This document shows, one piece after another, positions 32,031-43,523 of a stretch of 64,000 nucleotides of DNA. The translations under genes were made by a program, and so were the position numbers. The notes below the pieces were generated by a model, which did no database searches, had not been told where the DNA came from, and was given only the letters and a program-made list of their open reading frames with translations. How positions within the stretch are numbered: the first letter of the stretch is position 1; each line of letters starts with the position of its first letter. The stretch is from Lysobacterales bacterium (GTDB lineage Bacteria > Pseudomonadota > Gammaproteobacteria > Xanthomonadales > SZUA-5), in contig JABAQR010000048.1 of assembly GCA_019187485.1 (NCBI GenBank), positions 25,979 through 89,978 on the forward strand, read 5' to 3'.

Positions 32031-33283
32031 TGGCCGAGATCCGCAACTACACGATGAACTTCGGCCCGCAGCACCCGGCCGCGCACGGCGTGCTGCGGCT
32101 GGTGCTGGAGATGGACGGCGAGACCGTGGTGCGCGCCGACCCGCACGTCGGCCTGCTCCACCGCGGCACCGAGAAGCTCGCCGAGAGCAAGCCGTGGAAT
32201 CAGTCGATCGGCTACATGGACCGGCTGGACTACATGTCGATGATGTGCAACGAGCACGCCTACGTGCGTGCGATCGAGCGCCTGCTGGGGGTCGAGGCAC
32301 CGATCCGCGCGCAGTACATCCGCACGCTGTTCGACGAGGTCACGCGCATCCTGAACCACCTGCTGTGGCTGGGATCGAATGCGCTCGACCTCGGCGCGAT
32401 GACCATGTTCCTGTACTGCTTCCGCGAGCGCGAGGAGCTCATGGACGCCTACGAGGCGGTGTCGGGCGCGCGCATGCACGCCTGCTACTACCGCCCCGGC
32501 GGCGTCTACCGCGACCTGCCCGAGCGCATGCCGCAGTACAAGGAAAGCCGCTGGACCAAGGGTGCGGACCTGAAGCGTCGCAACGAGTGGCGCCAAGGCA
32601 CGATGCTGGATTTCTTCGACGCCTTCTGCGACGACTTCGTGCAGCGCATCGATGAGTACGAGACGCTGCTGACCGACAACCGCATCTGGAAGCAGCGCAC
32701 GGTCCACATCGGCGTGGTCAGCCCGGAACAGGCGCTGCGCATGGGCATGTCCGGGCCGATGCTGCGCGGTTCCGGCATCGCCTGGGATCTGCGCAAGAAG
32801 CAGCCCTACGCCGCCTACGACCAGGTCGAGTTCGACATCCCGGTCGGCGTCAACGGCGATTGCTACGACCGTTACGTCTGCCGCGTGGAGGAGCTGCGGC
32901 AGTCGACGCGCATCATCAAACAGTGCGTGAAGTGGCTGCGCGAGCATCCCGGCGAAGTGATGCTGCGCAACTTCAAGGTCGCACCACCCTCCCGTGTCGA
33001 GATGAAACAGGACATGGAAGCGCTGATCCATCACTTCAAGCTGTTCACCGAGGGCTATTGCGTACCGCCAGGTGAGGTCTATTGCGCGGTCGAGGCGCCC
33101 AAGGGCGAGTTCGGCGCGTACCTCGTCTCCGACGGTGCCAACAAGCCCTTCCGCGTCAAGTTGCGTGCTCCCGGTTTTGCGCATCTGTCGGCGATGGACG
33201 AGATTGTGCGCGGCCACATGCTGCCCGACGTAGTCGCGGTGATCGGCACGCTGGATATCGTGTTTGGAGAGATTGACCGATGA
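32030..33283 (+). CDS. nuoD: NADH-quinone oxidoreductase subunit D
   Basis: [24 protein letters not shown]. Its ATG overlaps the nuoC TGA. Confidence 0.95.
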   Translation: MAEIRNYTMNFGPQHPAAHGVLRLVLEMDGETVVRADPHVGLLHRGTEKLAESKPWNQSIGYMDRLDYMSMMCNEHAYVRAIERLLGVEAPIRAQYIRTLFDEVTRILNHLLWLGSNALDLGAMTMFLYCFREREELMDAYEAVSGARMHACYYRPGGVYRDLPERMPQYKESRWTKGADLKRRNEWRQGTMLDFFDAFCDDFVQRIDEYETLLTDNRIWKQRTVHIGVVSPEQALRMGMSGPMLRGSGIAWDLRKKQPYAAYDQVEFDIPVGVNGDCYDRYVCRVEELRQSTRIIKQCVKWLREHPGEVMLRNFKVAPPSRVEMKQDMEALIHHFKLFTEGYCVPPGEVYCAVEAPKGEFGAYLVSDGANKPFRVKLRAPGFAHLSAMDEIVRGHMLPDVVAVIGTLDIVFGEIDR

Positions 33284-33807
33284 AGGCGCGTCACCACCAG
33301 GCGGTGCCGGTCGCGGTCGATCCCACCCAGCTGCTGAGCGCCGACAGCCGCGCCCAGCTGGATGCGTGGATCGCCAAGTACCCGGCCGACCGCAAGCGCA
33401 GCGCGGTGCTCGCCGGGCTGCGTATCGCGCAGAAGCAGAACCAGGGCAGCTTGAGCGACGAGTTGATCGCCGCGGTCGCCGCCTACCTCGCCATCCCGGC
33501 CACCCAGGCCTACGAGGTGGCGACTTTCTACTCGCTGTTCCACATCGGTCCCTGCGGGCGCCACAAAGTATCGGTGTGCACCAACATCTCGTGCTGGCTG
33601 AATGGCGGCGAGCAACTGCTGGAACATGTCGAACACAAGCTCGGCATTCACGCGGGCGAGAGCACGCCGGACGGGCGCATCCACCTGATCCAGGAAGAGG
33701 AATGCCTGGCGGGTTGCGTACGCGCGCCGATGATGTGGGTCGATGGCGAGTACCACGAGCATCTGACCACGGCAAAGGTCGACGCAATCCTGGACGGCCT
33801 GAAATGA
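33280..33807 (+). CDS. nuoE: NADH-quinone oxidoreductase subunit E
   Basis: 175 aa. 2Fe-2S cysteines in [11 protein letters not shown] and ECLAGC. Confidence 0.93.
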   Translation: MKARHHQAVPVAVDPTQLLSADSRAQLDAWIAKYPADRKRSAVLAGLRIAQKQNQGSLSDELIAAVAAYLAIPATQAYEVATFYSLFHIGPCGRHKVSVCTNISCWLNGGEQLLEHVEHKLGIHAGESTPDGRIHLIQEEECLAGCVRAPMMWVDGEYHEHLTTAKVDAILDGLK

Positions 33808-35135
33808 GCGAGACGCAGATGAATCCGCTCGGTCTGATCCCTGCCGCACACAACGTGTGCTTCACCACGCTGCATTTCGAACAGCCCTGGAGCTACGACA
33901 GCTACCTGAAGTCCGGCGGCTACCAGGCGCTGCGCAAGGTGCTGACCGAGGGCTGGACCCGCGAGCAGGTGATCGACGCCGTCAAGGCCTCGGCGCTGCG
34001 CGGGCGCGGCGGCGCGGGCTTCCCGACCGGTCTCAAGTGGAGTTTCATGCCGCGCAACGCGCCGGGCGTGAAGTACATCCTGTGCAACTCGGACGAGTCC
34101 GAGCCCGGCACCTGCCACGACCGCGACATCCTGCGCTACAACCCGCACGCGGTGATCGAGGGCATGATCATCGGCGGCTTCGCGATGGGTGCCACCGCCG
34201 GCTACAACTACATGCGCGGCGAGTTCCAGGGTGAGCCCTTCGAACGCTTCGACGCAGCCGTGCGCGAGGCCTACCAGCACGGCTGGCTGGGCAAGAACAT
34301 CCTCGGATCCGGCTTCGACTACGAGCTCTACGCCAGCCTCGGCGCCGGTGCCTACATCTGCGGTGAAGAGACTGCGCTGATGGAATCGCTGGAGGGCAAG
34401 AAGGGCCAGCCGCGCTTCAAGCCGCCCTTCCCGGCCAACTTCGGCCTGTACGGCAAGCCGACCACGATCAACAACACCGAGACCTTCGCCTCGGTGCCGG
34501 CGATCATCCGCAACGGCGCCGAGTGGTTCCTTGCGATCGGCAAGCCGAACAACGGCGGGCCGAAGATCTTCTCGGTGTCCGGCCATGTGCAGAAACCCGG
34601 CAACTATGAGGTTCCGCTCGGCACACCCTTCAAGGATTTGTTGGCGATGGCCGGCGGCCTGCGGCCGGGCCGCAAGCTCAAGGGCGTGATCCCGGGTGGA
34701 TCGTCGATGCCGGTGCTGCCGGCGGCGACCATGATGGAACTCACGATGGATTTCGATAGCCTGCAGAAAGCGGGCTCGGGCCTGGGATCGGGCGCAGTCA
34801 TCGTGATGGACGACAGCACCTGCATGGTGCGCGCGCTGACCCGCATCGCACGTTTCTACTACCACGAGTCCTGCGGCCAGTGCACGCCCTGCCGCGAAGG
34901 CACCGGCTGGATGTACCGGGTGCTGAAGCGCATCAGCGAGGGCCAGGGCACGGTCGCGGACCTGCACCTGCTGAAGAGCGCCGCCGGCCAGATCGAGGGC
35001 CACACCATCTGCGCCTTCGGCGAGGCCGCGGCCTGGCCGGTGCAGGGCATGCTGCGCCACTTCTGGCCGGAGTTCGAACACTACGTGACCCACCAGCGGT
35101 CGATCGTCGACGACGTCCTGAGGACCGCCGCATGA
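33804..35135 (+). CDS. nuoF: NADH-quinone oxidoreductase subunit F
   Basis: [13 protein letters not shown] (FMN site), [12 protein letters not shown] (4Fe-4S). Confidence 0.95.
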   Translation: MSETQMNPLGLIPAAHNVCFTTLHFEQPWSYDSYLKSGGYQALRKVLTEGWTREQVIDAVKASALRGRGGAGFPTGLKWSFMPRNAPGVKYILCNSDESEPGTCHDRDILRYNPHAVIEGMIIGGFAMGATAGYNYMRGEFQGEPFERFDAAVREAYQHGWLGKNILGSGFDYELYASLGAGAYICGEETALMESLEGKKGQPRFKPPFPANFGLYGKPTTINNTETFASVPAIIRNGAEWFLAIGKPNNGGPKIFSVSGHVQKPGNYEVPLGTPFKDLLAMAGGLRPGRKLKGVIPGGSSMPVLPAATMMELTMDFDSLQKAGSGLGSGAVIVMDDSTCMVRALTRIARFYYHESCGQCTPCREGTGWMYRVLKRISEGQGTVADLHLLKSAAGQIEGHTICAFGEAAAWPVQGMLRHFWPEFEHYVTHQRSIVDDVLRTAA

Positions 35136-37522
35136 GTGCCCAGCCGAGCGGCCAGGCCGCGCCCGACCACGTCAACATCGAGATCGACGGCACGCCCCTG
35201 CAGGCGCCGAAGGGTTCGATGATCATCAGCGCCGCCGACAAGGCCGGCATCCCGATCCCGCGCTTCTGCTACCACGAGAAGCTGGCGATCGCGGCGAACT
35301 GCCGCATGTGCCTGGTGGACGTCGAGAAGGCTCCGAAGCCGATGCCCGCCTGTGCGACGCCAGTCATGGAAGGCATGAAGGTGTACACGCGCAGCAAGCG
35401 CGCGCTCGACTCGCAGCGCAACGTGATGGAGTTCCTGCTGGTCAACCACCCGCTCGACTGCCCGATCTGCGACCAGGGTGGCGAATGCGAGTTGCAGGAC
35501 CTGGCGATGGGCTACGGCCGCTCGGTCTCGCGCTTCTCCGAACGCAAGCGGGTGGTCGCCGACGAAGACCTCGGGCCGCTGGTCGCCACCGAGATGACCC
35601 GCTGCATCCATTGCACGCGCTGCGTGCGCTTCATGGACGACATCGCCGGAACCACCGAGCTTGGCGGCATGTTCCGCGGCGAGCACACCGAGATCGGCAG
35701 TTACATCGGCCGCTCGCTGAAGTCCGAACTGTCCGGCAACATCATCGACCTGTGCCCGGTTGGCGCGCTGACCAACAAGGTCTTCCGCTTCCGCGCCCGG
35801 CCCTGGGAGCTGATTGCGCGCGAAAGCATCGGCTATCACGACGCGCTGGGTTCGAATCTCTACCTGCACCTGCGCCGCGGCGAAGTGCTGCGCACGGTGC
35901 CGCGCGACCACGAGGACATCAACGAGAACTGGCTGTCCGACCGCGACCGCTACAGCCACCAGGGCCTGACCCACACCGACCGCCTGAGCGCACCGCGCAT
36001 CCGTCGCGACGGCGTCTGGGTGGACGCGAGCTGGGAGGAGGCGCTGAAAGTGGCTGCCGACGGGCTGCGCGCGCTGGTTTCGCGGCATGGTGCGGATGCG
36101 CTGGTCGCACTGGTCGGCCCGGGTGCCAGCGCCGAGGAGATGTACCTGCTGCAGGCCCTCGCGCGCGGCCTCGGCAGCGCGAACGTCGAGCACCGATTGC
36201 AGCAACTGGATTTCAGCGACGATGCGACGGCCCCGATCGCGCCCGGCTTCGCCGCGCCGCTCGCCGGCTATTCGCAGACCCCCGCAGCGCTGCTGATCGG
36301 CGCGCACCCGCGCCACGATGCGCCGCTGCTTGGGCACCGCATCCGCCGCGCCTGGAAGCACGGCGCGCAGATCCACGCGATCAACCCGCTCGGTTTCGAA
36401 CACCATTTCGGGCTCGGCCAGAATCTCGTCGGCAATCCCGAGCAGCAACTGGCCGATCTGGCTGCGGTCGCCGCAGCGCTGGCAACGCTGCGCGGCACGG
36501 CGTATCCGGCCGAGATCCAGCAGTGGTCGCTGCGCTCCTCGCGTCAGATGGAGGCGGGCTGGATTGCGCAGACCCTGCACGAGCGCGCGGGCGCGCGGGT
36601 GCTGTTCGGCGATCACGCAGTGCGCCACCCGGCCGCCTCGGCGCTGCGCCGCATCGCGCGCTTCATCGCCGTCACCTGCGGCGCCTCCTTCGACGAGATG
36701 CCACAGGGTGCCAATGGCGCGGCGGCCTGGCGCGTCGGCTGCGTGCCGCATCGCGGCCCAGGGGGCGCCTCTGTTCGCCCCGGGACGGCCTTGCCGCAGG
36801 CGCTCTCCGGCGCGCGCGGCCTGCTGCTGCACGCCGCCGAAATCGAGGATTGCGCCGACGGCAGCGCGGCTGCGGCAGCGCTGCAGAAGGCCGAGTTCGT
36901 GCTCGCGTTCGCGGCCTACACCAGCCCGGCACTGGCTGCGCACGCGCAGGTGCTGCTGCCGATCGGCCTCGCGCCCGAGATCGATGGCAGCTACGTCAAT
37001 GTCGACGGCCGGGTGCAGACGCTCGCCGCCGCGGCGAAATCGCCCGGCGACGCGCGCCCCGGCTGGCGCGTGCTGCGCGCGCTCGGCGCCGCTCTGAACC
37101 TGCCCGGATTCGAGTTTGTCGACTTCGCCGCGCTGCATGCCGTGATCGCGCCGCTGCTAAGCGGTGGCGAAGTCGTCGCCGGCGCAGCGGCAGCGAGCCC
37201 GTCGCCGCTGGCCGAGGGTGAAGGCCTGATCGTGCAGCAATATCGGCCGATCTACCGCGTCGATGCGGTGCTGCGGCGCTCCCCGGCGCTGCAATCGACC
37301 GTAATCGGCGAGGACGGCAGCCTGCGCCTGCATCCGGAAGACGCGCTCGCACTCGGCATCGGCCAGGGCGGCGAAGTCTCCTGGGGCGGTCGCCGTTACT
37401 CCTGCACCGCCTCGGCCGAAGTGCCGCGCGGCGTCTGCCGTGTGGCCACCGGATTTGCTGCCAATGTCGCGTTGCCGGTGACCGGACAGCGCATCGTGCT
37501 GGAGCAGGTGCGCCATGGATGA
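35132..37522 (+). CDS. nuoG: NADH-quinone oxidoreductase subunit G
   Basis: N-terminal 2Fe-2S ([15 protein letters not shown]) and 4Fe-4S motifs ([24 protein letters not shown]). Confidence 0.93.
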   Translation: MSAQPSGQAAPDHVNIEIDGTPLQAPKGSMIISAADKAGIPIPRFCYHEKLAIAANCRMCLVDVEKAPKPMPACATPVMEGMKVYTRSKRALDSQRNVMEFLLVNHPLDCPICDQGGECELQDLAMGYGRSVSRFSERKRVVADEDLGPLVATEMTRCIHCTRCVRFMDDIAGTTELGGMFRGEHTEIGSYIGRSLKSELSGNIIDLCPVGALTNKVFRFRARPWELIARESIGYHDALGSNLYLHLRRGEVLRTVPRDHEDINENWLSDRDRYSHQGLTHTDRLSAPRIRRDGVWVDASWEEALKVAADGLRALVSRHGADALVALVGPGASAEEMYLLQALARGLGSANVEHRLQQLDFSDDATAPIAPGFAAPLAGYSQTPAALLIGAHPRHDAPLLGHRIRRAWKHGAQIHAINPLGFEHHFGLGQNLVGNPEQQLADLAAVAAALATLRGTAYPAEIQQWSLRSSRQMEAGWIAQTLHERAGARVLFGDHAVRHPAASALRRIARFIAVTCGASFDEMPQGANGAAAWRVGCVPHRGPGGASVRPGTALPQALSGARGLLLHAAEIEDCADGSAAAAALQKAEFVLAFAAYTSPALAAHAQVLLPIGLAPEIDGSYVNVDGRVQTLAAAAKSPGDARPGWRVLRALGAALNLPGFEFVDFAALHAVIAPLLSGGEVVAGAAAASPSPLAEGEGLIVQQYRPIYRVDAVLRRSPALQSTVIGEDGSLRLHPEDALALGIGQGGEVSWGGRRYSCTASAEVPRGVCRVATGFAANVALPVTGQRIVLEQVRHG

Positions 37523-38534
37523 TCTGCTGCTGCTGGCCTGGACACTGGCCAAGATCCTGCTGATCGCGGTGCCGCTGATCGTGGCCGTGGCCTTCTTCAC
37601 CCTCGCCGAGCGCAAGGTGATCGGCTGGATGCAGGTGCGCCTGGGACCCACCGAAATCGGGCCACTGGCACTCGCGCAGCCTTTCGCCGACACCGCCAAG
37701 ATGCTGTTCAAGGAACTGGTGATGCCGCGCAATGCGGACCGCTTCCTGTACATCCTCGCACCGCTGCTGACCTTGGCCCCGGCCTTCGCCGCCTGGGCGG
37801 TCATCCCCTTCGACCAGGGCGTCGCGCTCTCGCAGATCGATGCCGGTCTGCTCTACCTGCTGGCGATGACCTCGCTCGGCGTCTACGGCGTGATCCTCGC
37901 CGGCTGGGCTTCCAACTCCAAGTACGCCTTCCTGGGCGCAATGCGTTCAGCCGCGCAGATCGTGTCCTACGAGATCGCGATGGGCTTCGCACTGGTTTGC
38001 GTGATCGTCGCCTCCGGCAGCCTCAACATCGAGAAGATCGTGCTCGCGCAGGCCGGCAACGCCGGCTTCTTCGAGTGGTTCTGGCTGCCGCTGCTGCCGA
38101 TGTTCGTGGTCTATTTCATCTCCGGCGTGGCCGAGACCAATCGCGCGCCCTTCGACGTCGCCGAGGGCGAATCGGAGATCGTCGCCGGCTTCCACGTCGA
38201 GTATTCGGGTGCCGCCTTCGCGGTGTTTTTCCTCGCCGAATACGCGAACATGATCCTGATCAGCCTCCTCGCTGCGATCATGTTCCTGGGCGGCTGGCTG
38301 TCGCCCTTCCAGGGCTGGATCGGAGGCTTCCTGGGCGAGCCGAGCTTCCTCTGGCTGTTCGCCAAGGCCAGCATCTTCGCCTTCTGCTATCTGTGGTTCC
38401 GGGCCACCTTCCCGCGTTACCGCTACGACCAGATCATGCGGCTCGGCTGGAAGGTATTCATCCCGATCACGATCGTCTGGGTCGCGGTGATCGCGGTGCT
38501 GATCGTGGCCAAGGTCGTGGAACGCGGCGTCTGA
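37515..38534 (+). CDS. nuoH: NADH-quinone oxidoreductase subunit H
   Basis: 339 aa polytopic protein with [26 protein letters not shown]. Confidence 0.95.
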   Translation: MDDLLLLAWTLAKILLIAVPLIVAVAFFTLAERKVIGWMQVRLGPTEIGPLALAQPFADTAKMLFKELVMPRNADRFLYILAPLLTLAPAFAAWAVIPFDQGVALSQIDAGLLYLLAMTSLGVYGVILAGWASNSKYAFLGAMRSAAQIVSYEIAMGFALVCVIVASGSLNIEKIVLAQAGNAGFFEWFWLPLLPMFVVYFISGVAETNRAPFDVAEGESEIVAGFHVEYSGAAFAVFFLAEYANMILISLLAAIMFLGGWLSPFQGWIGGFLGEPSFLWLFAKASIFAFCYLWFRATFPRYRYDQIMRLGWKVFIPITIVWVAVIAVLIVAKVVERGV

Positions 38535-38552
38535 GCGAAGGGAACGAATGCG

Positions 38553-39041
38553 ATGGGCGCGATCACTCACTACTTCAAGAGCCTGATGCTGAAGGAACTG
38601 CTGGTTGGCCTGTCGCTGACCGGACGCTACTTCTTCCGGCCCAAGTACACGCTGCGCTACCCCGAAGAGAAGGCGCCGAAGTCGAACCGCTTCCGTGGCC
38701 TGCACGCCTTGCGTCGCTACCCGAACGGCGAGGAGCGTTGCATCGCCTGCAAGCTCTGCGAGGCGGTCTGCCCGGCGCTCGCGATCACCATCGATTCCGA
38801 ACAACGCGCCGACGGCACGCGTCGCACCACGCGCTACGAGATCGATCTCTTCAAGTGCATTTTTTGCGGCTTCTGCGAAGAGTCCTGCCCGGTGGATTCG
38901 ATCGTCGAGACCGACATCTCGGAGTATCACTTCGAGACGCGCGGCGAGAACGTCGTCGGCAAGCAGCAGTTGCTCGCCATCGGCGACCGCTTCGAGAAGC
39001 AGATCGCCGCCGCCCGCGCGCTCGACGCGCCCTACCGCTGA
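38553..39041 (+). CDS. nuoI: NADH-quinone oxidoreductase subunit I
   Basis: Two CxxCxxCxxxCP motifs ([24 protein letters not shown]). Confidence 0.95.
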   Translation: MGAITHYFKSLMLKELLVGLSLTGRYFFRPKYTLRYPEEKAPKSNRFRGLHALRRYPNGEERCIACKLCEAVCPALAITIDSEQRADGTRRTTRYEIDLFKCIFCGFCEESCPVDSIVETDISEYHFETRGENVVGKQQLLAIGDRFEKQIAAARALDAPYR

Positions 39042-39051
39042 CCGGCCGCCC

Positions 39052-39666
39052 ATGAACTACGAGTCGTACCTGTTCCTCGCGCTGGCGACGCTGCTGGTGA
39101 TCGCGGCCGGCGCGGTGGTCACGCTGCGCAATCCGGTGCACGCGGCGATGTCGCTGGTGCTGACTTTCTTCACCAGCGCGATGCTGTGGATCCTGCTGCG
39201 CGCCGAGTTCCTCGGCATCACCCTGGTGCTGGTCTATGTCGGCGCGGTGATGGTGCTGTTCCTGTTCGTCGTGATGATGCTCGACATCAACGTCGTACCA
39301 CTGCGCGAGGGTTTCGCGCGCTACCTGCCGGTCGGCCTGCTGGTGGCCGGCATCATGGCCGCGCAGATGGTCGCGGTACTCGGCGGCCACCACTTCGGCC
39401 TGGAGCGTTACACGGCACCGCCGGCGGTGATCGAGGGCAGCAACACGGCCGCGCTCGGCCAGTTGCTGTACACCGGATACGTCTACCCCTTCGAGATCGC
39501 CGCGGTGATCCTGCTGGTGGCGATCGTCGCCGCGATCGCGCTGACCCACCGCAGACGCGAGGGCGTCAAGCTCCAGGATCCCGGCAAGCAGACGATGGTG
39601 CGCAAGGCGGACCGCCTGCGCGTGGTCAAGATGCCGTCCGACACCCGGGAGGGGCACGGCGCATGA
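39052..39666 (+). CDS. nuoJ: NADH-quinone oxidoreductase subunit J
   Basis: Start at [16 protein letters not shown]. Motif [17 protein letters not shown]. Confidence 0.9.
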   Translation: MNYESYLFLALATLLVIAAGAVVTLRNPVHAAMSLVLTFFTSAMLWILLRAEFLGITLVLVYVGAVMVLFLFVVMMLDINVVPLREGFARYLPVGLLVAGIMAAQMVAVLGGHHFGLERYTAPPAVIEGSNTAALGQLLYTGYVYPFEIAAVILLVAIVAAIALTHRRREGVKLQDPGKQTMVRKADRLRVVKMPSDTREGHGA

Positions 39667-39968
39667 TTCCGCTTTCCTGGTGGCTCACCCTCGCCGCGTT
39701 GCTGTTCTGCATCAGCGTCGCCGGCATTTTCATCAACCGCAAGAACATCATCATCCTGCTGATGGCGATCGAGCTGATGCTGCTCAGCGTCAACATGAAT
39801 TTCGTCGCCTTCTCGCGGTACCTCGACGACATGGCCGGCCAGGTCTTCGTGTTCTTCATCCTGACCGTGGCCGCCGCCGAGGCGGCCATCGGCCTCGCGA
39901 TCCTGGTTCTGGTGTTCCGCAACCGGCGCACGATCAACGTCGCCGAACTCGACACGATGCGCGGCTGA
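39663..39968 (+). CDS. nuoK: NADH-quinone oxidoreductase subunit K
   Basis: 101 aa with [19 protein letters not shown]. Confidence 0.93.
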   Translation: MIPLSWWLTLAALLFCISVAGIFINRKNIIILLMAIELMLLSVNMNFVAFSRYLDDMAGQVFVFFILTVAAAEAAIGLAILVLVFRNRRTINVAELDTMRG

Positions 39969-39969
39969 G

Positions 39970-41967
39970 ATGATCACCAAGACCCTGTTGTTGACCATCG
40001 CCCTCGCCCCGCTCGCCGGTGCCATCCTCGCCGGTCTGTTCGGTCGCCAGATCGGCCGCGCCGGAGCGCACTGGGCAACCATCCTCGGTGTCGCGCTGAG
40101 CACGGCGCTGTCGGCGTATGTGCTGAAACTGATCGCTTTCGACGGCCATGAGGCCGTCAACATGAGCGTCTACACCTGGTTCCGGATCGGCTCGATCCAG
40201 GCCGAAGTCGGCTTCCTGGTCGATGCGCTGACCGCAACCATGATGGTGGTCGTGACCAGCGTGTCGCTGATGGTGCACGTCTACACCATCGGCTACATGG
40301 AAGAGGATCCGGGCTACCAGCGCTTCTTCGGCTACATCTCGCTGTTCACCTTCTCGATGTTGATGCTCGTGATGAGCAACAACTTCATGCAGCTCTTTTT
40401 CGGCTGGGAGGCGGTGGGCCTGGTCTCCTATCTGCTGATCGGCTTCTGGTTCAAGCGCCCGACCGCGATCTTCGCCAACCTGAAGGCCTTCCTGGTCAAC
40501 CGCGTGGGCGACTTCGGTTTCCTGCTCGGCATTGGCCTGGTGCTCGCCTACCTGGGCAGCCTCGATTACGCGACGGTCTTCGCGAAGGCGCCGACCCTGG
40601 TCGGCCAGACCTTCAACCCGTATGGCACGGTCGAGTGGGCGGTGCCGACGCTGATCTGCCTGCTGCTGTTCGTCGGCGCGATGGGCAAGAGCGCACAGGT
40701 GCCGCTGCACGTCTGGCTGCCGGACTCGATGGAAGGCCCGACGCCGATCTCGGCGCTGATCCACGCCGCGACGATGGTGACCGCCGGCATCTTCATGGTC
40801 GCGCGCATGTCGCCGCTGTTCGAACTGTCCGAGACCGCGCTCAGCGTGATCCTGGTGATCGGCTCGATCACCGCGCTGTTCATGGGCTTCATCGGCATCG
40901 TCCAGAACGACATCAAGCGCGTCGTAGCCTATTCGACGCTGTCGCAGCTCGGCTACATGACGGTCGCGCTCGGCGCCTCGGCCTATTCGGCGGCGATCTT
41001 CCACCTGATGACGCACGCCTTCTTCAAGGCGCTGCTGTTCCTCGGCGCCGGCTCGGTGATCATCGCGATGCACCACGAGCAGGATCTGCGCAAGATGGGC
41101 GGCCTGCGCAAGTACATGCCGATCACCTTCGCGACTGCCTGGGTGGGCACGCTCGCGCTGATGGGCTTCCCGGGCACCAGCGGCTTCTACTCCAAAGACG
41201 CGATCTTGTACGCGGTGGGCAGTGCGGACCGCGCCGGCGCCAGCTTTGCCCACGCGAGTCTGCTGATCGGCGTGGCGGTGACCGCCTTCTACTCATTCCG
41301 AATGCTGTACCTCGCATTCCACGGCAAGGAACGGTTTGGACACGATGATCGCCACGGTCACGGTGGGCATCATGACCATGGCGAGCACCAGCCGCACGAA
41401 ACGCCGTGGGTAGTCACCCTGCCGCTGGCGCTGTTGGCGATTCCTTCGCTGGCGATCGGCTTCTTCACCGCCGGCCCGATGCTCTTCGGAAACTTCTTCG
41501 ACGGCGCGATCTTCGTCGCCGACGGCCGCGCACCGCTCGCGGCGATGGCGCATCACTTCGAACACGGGTCGTTGTCCTTCGCACTGCACGGTTTTCTGAC
41601 CCCACCGGTGTGGCTGGCACTGCTGGGAGCCGGACTCGCGACTTACATCTACCTGTTCAACCCGTCCATCGCCGATCGTGCGCGGAAGGCCTTCGCGCCG
41701 ATCCACCATCTGCTCGAGCGCAAGTACGGCTTCGACGAGTTCAACCAGGCGGTGTTTGCGCGCGGCTCGGTGTGGCTGGGCCGCGCCTTCTGGCGCGTCG
41801 GCGACCAGGCGGTCATCGACGGCGTGATCGTCGACGGCTCCGCCGGCACCGTCTCGCGGATCGCCTTCGCGGTGCGCCGGCTGCAGTCCGGATTCCTGTT
41901 CCACTACGCCTTCATGATGATCCTCGGCTTGATCGTCATCGTCGGCGCCTTCGCCCTGCTCCAATAA
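39970..41967 (+). CDS. nuoL: NADH-quinone oxidoreductase subunit L
   Basis: 665 aa antiporter-like subunit with WLPDSMEGPTPISALIHAATMVTAG. Confidence 0.95.
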   Translation: MITKTLLLTIALAPLAGAILAGLFGRQIGRAGAHWATILGVALSTALSAYVLKLIAFDGHEAVNMSVYTWFRIGSIQAEVGFLVDALTATMMVVVTSVSLMVHVYTIGYMEEDPGYQRFFGYISLFTFSMLMLVMSNNFMQLFFGWEAVGLVSYLLIGFWFKRPTAIFANLKAFLVNRVGDFGFLLGIGLVLAYLGSLDYATVFAKAPTLVGQTFNPYGTVEWAVPTLICLLLFVGAMGKSAQVPLHVWLPDSMEGPTPISALIHAATMVTAGIFMVARMSPLFELSETALSVILVIGSITALFMGFIGIVQNDIKRVVAYSTLSQLGYMTVALGASAYSAAIFHLMTHAFFKALLFLGAGSVIIAMHHEQDLRKMGGLRKYMPITFATAWVGTLALMGFPGTSGFYSKDAILYAVGSADRAGASFAHASLLIGVAVTAFYSFRMLYLAFHGKERFGHDDRHGHGGHHDHGEHQPHETPWVVTLPLALLAIPSLAIGFFTAGPMLFGNFFDGAIFVADGRAPLAAMAHHFEHGSLSFALHGFLTPPVWLALLGAGLATYIYLFNPSIADRARKAFAPIHHLLERKYGFDEFNQAVFARGSVWLGRAFWRVGDQAVIDGVIVDGSAGTVSRIAFAVRRLQSGFLFHYAFMMILGLIVIVGAFALLQ

Positions 41968-41980
41968 GAAGACCCGAGCG

Positions 41981-43510
41981 ATGTCCGCCGACTGGCCCCT
42001 GCTCTCCCTCCTGGTCTGGCTGCCGATCGCCGGCGCCGTCGCCGTGCTGGTCGCGGGCGACCGCAATGCCGGCGCCGCGAAGTGGCTGGCGCTGCTGGTG
42101 TCGCTGGCGACGCTGGCGCTGTGTCTGCCGCTGTGGTCCAACTTCGACAGCTCGACGAGCGCAATGCAGTTCGTCGAGCGCACGCCGTGGATCACGTCCT
42201 TCGCGGTCGACTACCACCTCGGCATCGACGGTTTCTCGCTGCCGCTGATCGTGCTGACCTGCATCGTCACGGTGCTGGTACTGATCGCCGGCTGGGAAGT
42301 CATCGAGTACAAGCCCAGCCAGTACGTCGCCGCCTTCCTCGCGCTGGCCGGCCTGATGAACGGCGTGTTCGCGGCCCAGGATGCGCTGCTCTTCTACGTG
42401 TTCTTCGAGGGCATGCTGATCCCGATGTTCATCATCATCGGCGTCTGGGGCGGCCCGCGGCGTGTCTACGCGACGATGAAGTTCTTCCTGTACACCTTCC
42501 TCGGCTCGGTGTTCATGCTGCTGGGCCTGATCTACCTGTACCTCAAGGGCCAGAGCTTCCAGCTTGCCGACCTGCAGACCATGTCGCTGTCGATGAGCGA
42601 GCAGACCTGGCTGTTCTTCGCCTTCCTGCTCGCCTTCGCGGTCAAGATCCCGATGTGGCCGGTGCACACCTGGCTGCCGGATGCGCACGTCGAAGCGCCG
42701 ACCGGCGGATCGATGGTGCTGGCCGCGGTGATGCTGAAGATCGGCGGCTACGGCTTCCTGCGCTTCTCGCTGCCGATCGCGCCGGATGCGAGCGCGGAAT
42801 TCGCCTGGCTGATCATCGCGATGTCCTTGATCGCGGTGGTCTACATCGGCTTCGTCGCGCTCGCTCAGCAAGACATGAAGAAGCTGATCGCCTACTCCTC
42901 GATCAGCCACATGGGTTTCGTGACCCTGGGTCTGTTCATCGCCTTCGCGCTGGTCGCCAAGAGCAACTCGCCGGACACGGCGGCGCTCGGCGTGCAGGGT
43001 GCGATGGTGCAGATGATCTCGCACGGCTTCGTCTCCGCCGCGATGTTCGGCGCGGTCGGCGTGCTCTACGACCGCGTGCACTCGCGCCAGATCGCCGATT
43101 ACGGCGGCGTGGTCAACACCATGCCCTGGTTCGCCACCTTCATGGTCTTCTTCGCGATGGCCAACTGCGGCCTGCCCGGCACCTCGGGCTTCGTCGGTGA
43201 GTTCATGGTGATCCTCGCGGCGGCAAAACACAGCCTCGGCATCGCGGCACTCGCCGCGGTCACCCTGATCCTTGGCGCCGCCTACACGCTGTGGCTGGTC
43301 AAGCGCGTGATTTTCGGCGACGTGGCCAATTCGCAGGTCGCCGAACTCAGCGACCTCAACGGCCGCGAGTGGGTGGTGCTGGGCACACTCGCCTTCTTCG
43401 TGCTGTTCATCGGTCTGTGGCCGGCGCCGGTCGTGGACGTCATGCAGTCCAGCGTCGAGGCTCTGCTCCGACATATCACCACGAGCAAGCTCATGGGCCT
43501 TCCGGGCTGA
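41981..43510 (+). CDS. nuoM: NADH-quinone oxidoreductase subunit M
   Basis: 509 aa with WLPDAHVEAPTGGSMVLAAVMLK. Confidence 0.95.
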   Translation: MSADWPLLSLLVWLPIAGAVAVLVAGDRNAGAAKWLALLVSLATLALCLPLWSNFDSSTSAMQFVERTPWITSFAVDYHLGIDGFSLPLIVLTCIVTVLVLIAGWEVIEYKPSQYVAAFLALAGLMNGVFAAQDALLFYVFFEGMLIPMFIIIGVWGGPRRVYATMKFFLYTFLGSVFMLLGLIYLYLKGQSFQLADLQTMSLSMSEQTWLFFAFLLAFAVKIPMWPVHTWLPDAHVEAPTGGSMVLAAVMLKIGGYGFLRFSLPIAPDASAEFAWLIIAMSLIAVVYIGFVALAQQDMKKLIAYSSISHMGFVTLGLFIAFALVAKSNSPDTAALGVQGAMVQMISHGFVSAAMFGAVGVLYDRVHSRQIADYGGVVNTMPWFATFMVFFAMANCGLPGTSGFVGEFMVILAAAKHSLGIAALAAVTLILGAAYTLWLVKRVIFGDVANSQVAELSDLNGREWVVLGTLAFFVLFIGLWPAPVVDVMQSSVEALLRHITTSKLMGLPG

Positions 43511-43523
43511 GGATTCCGCACCA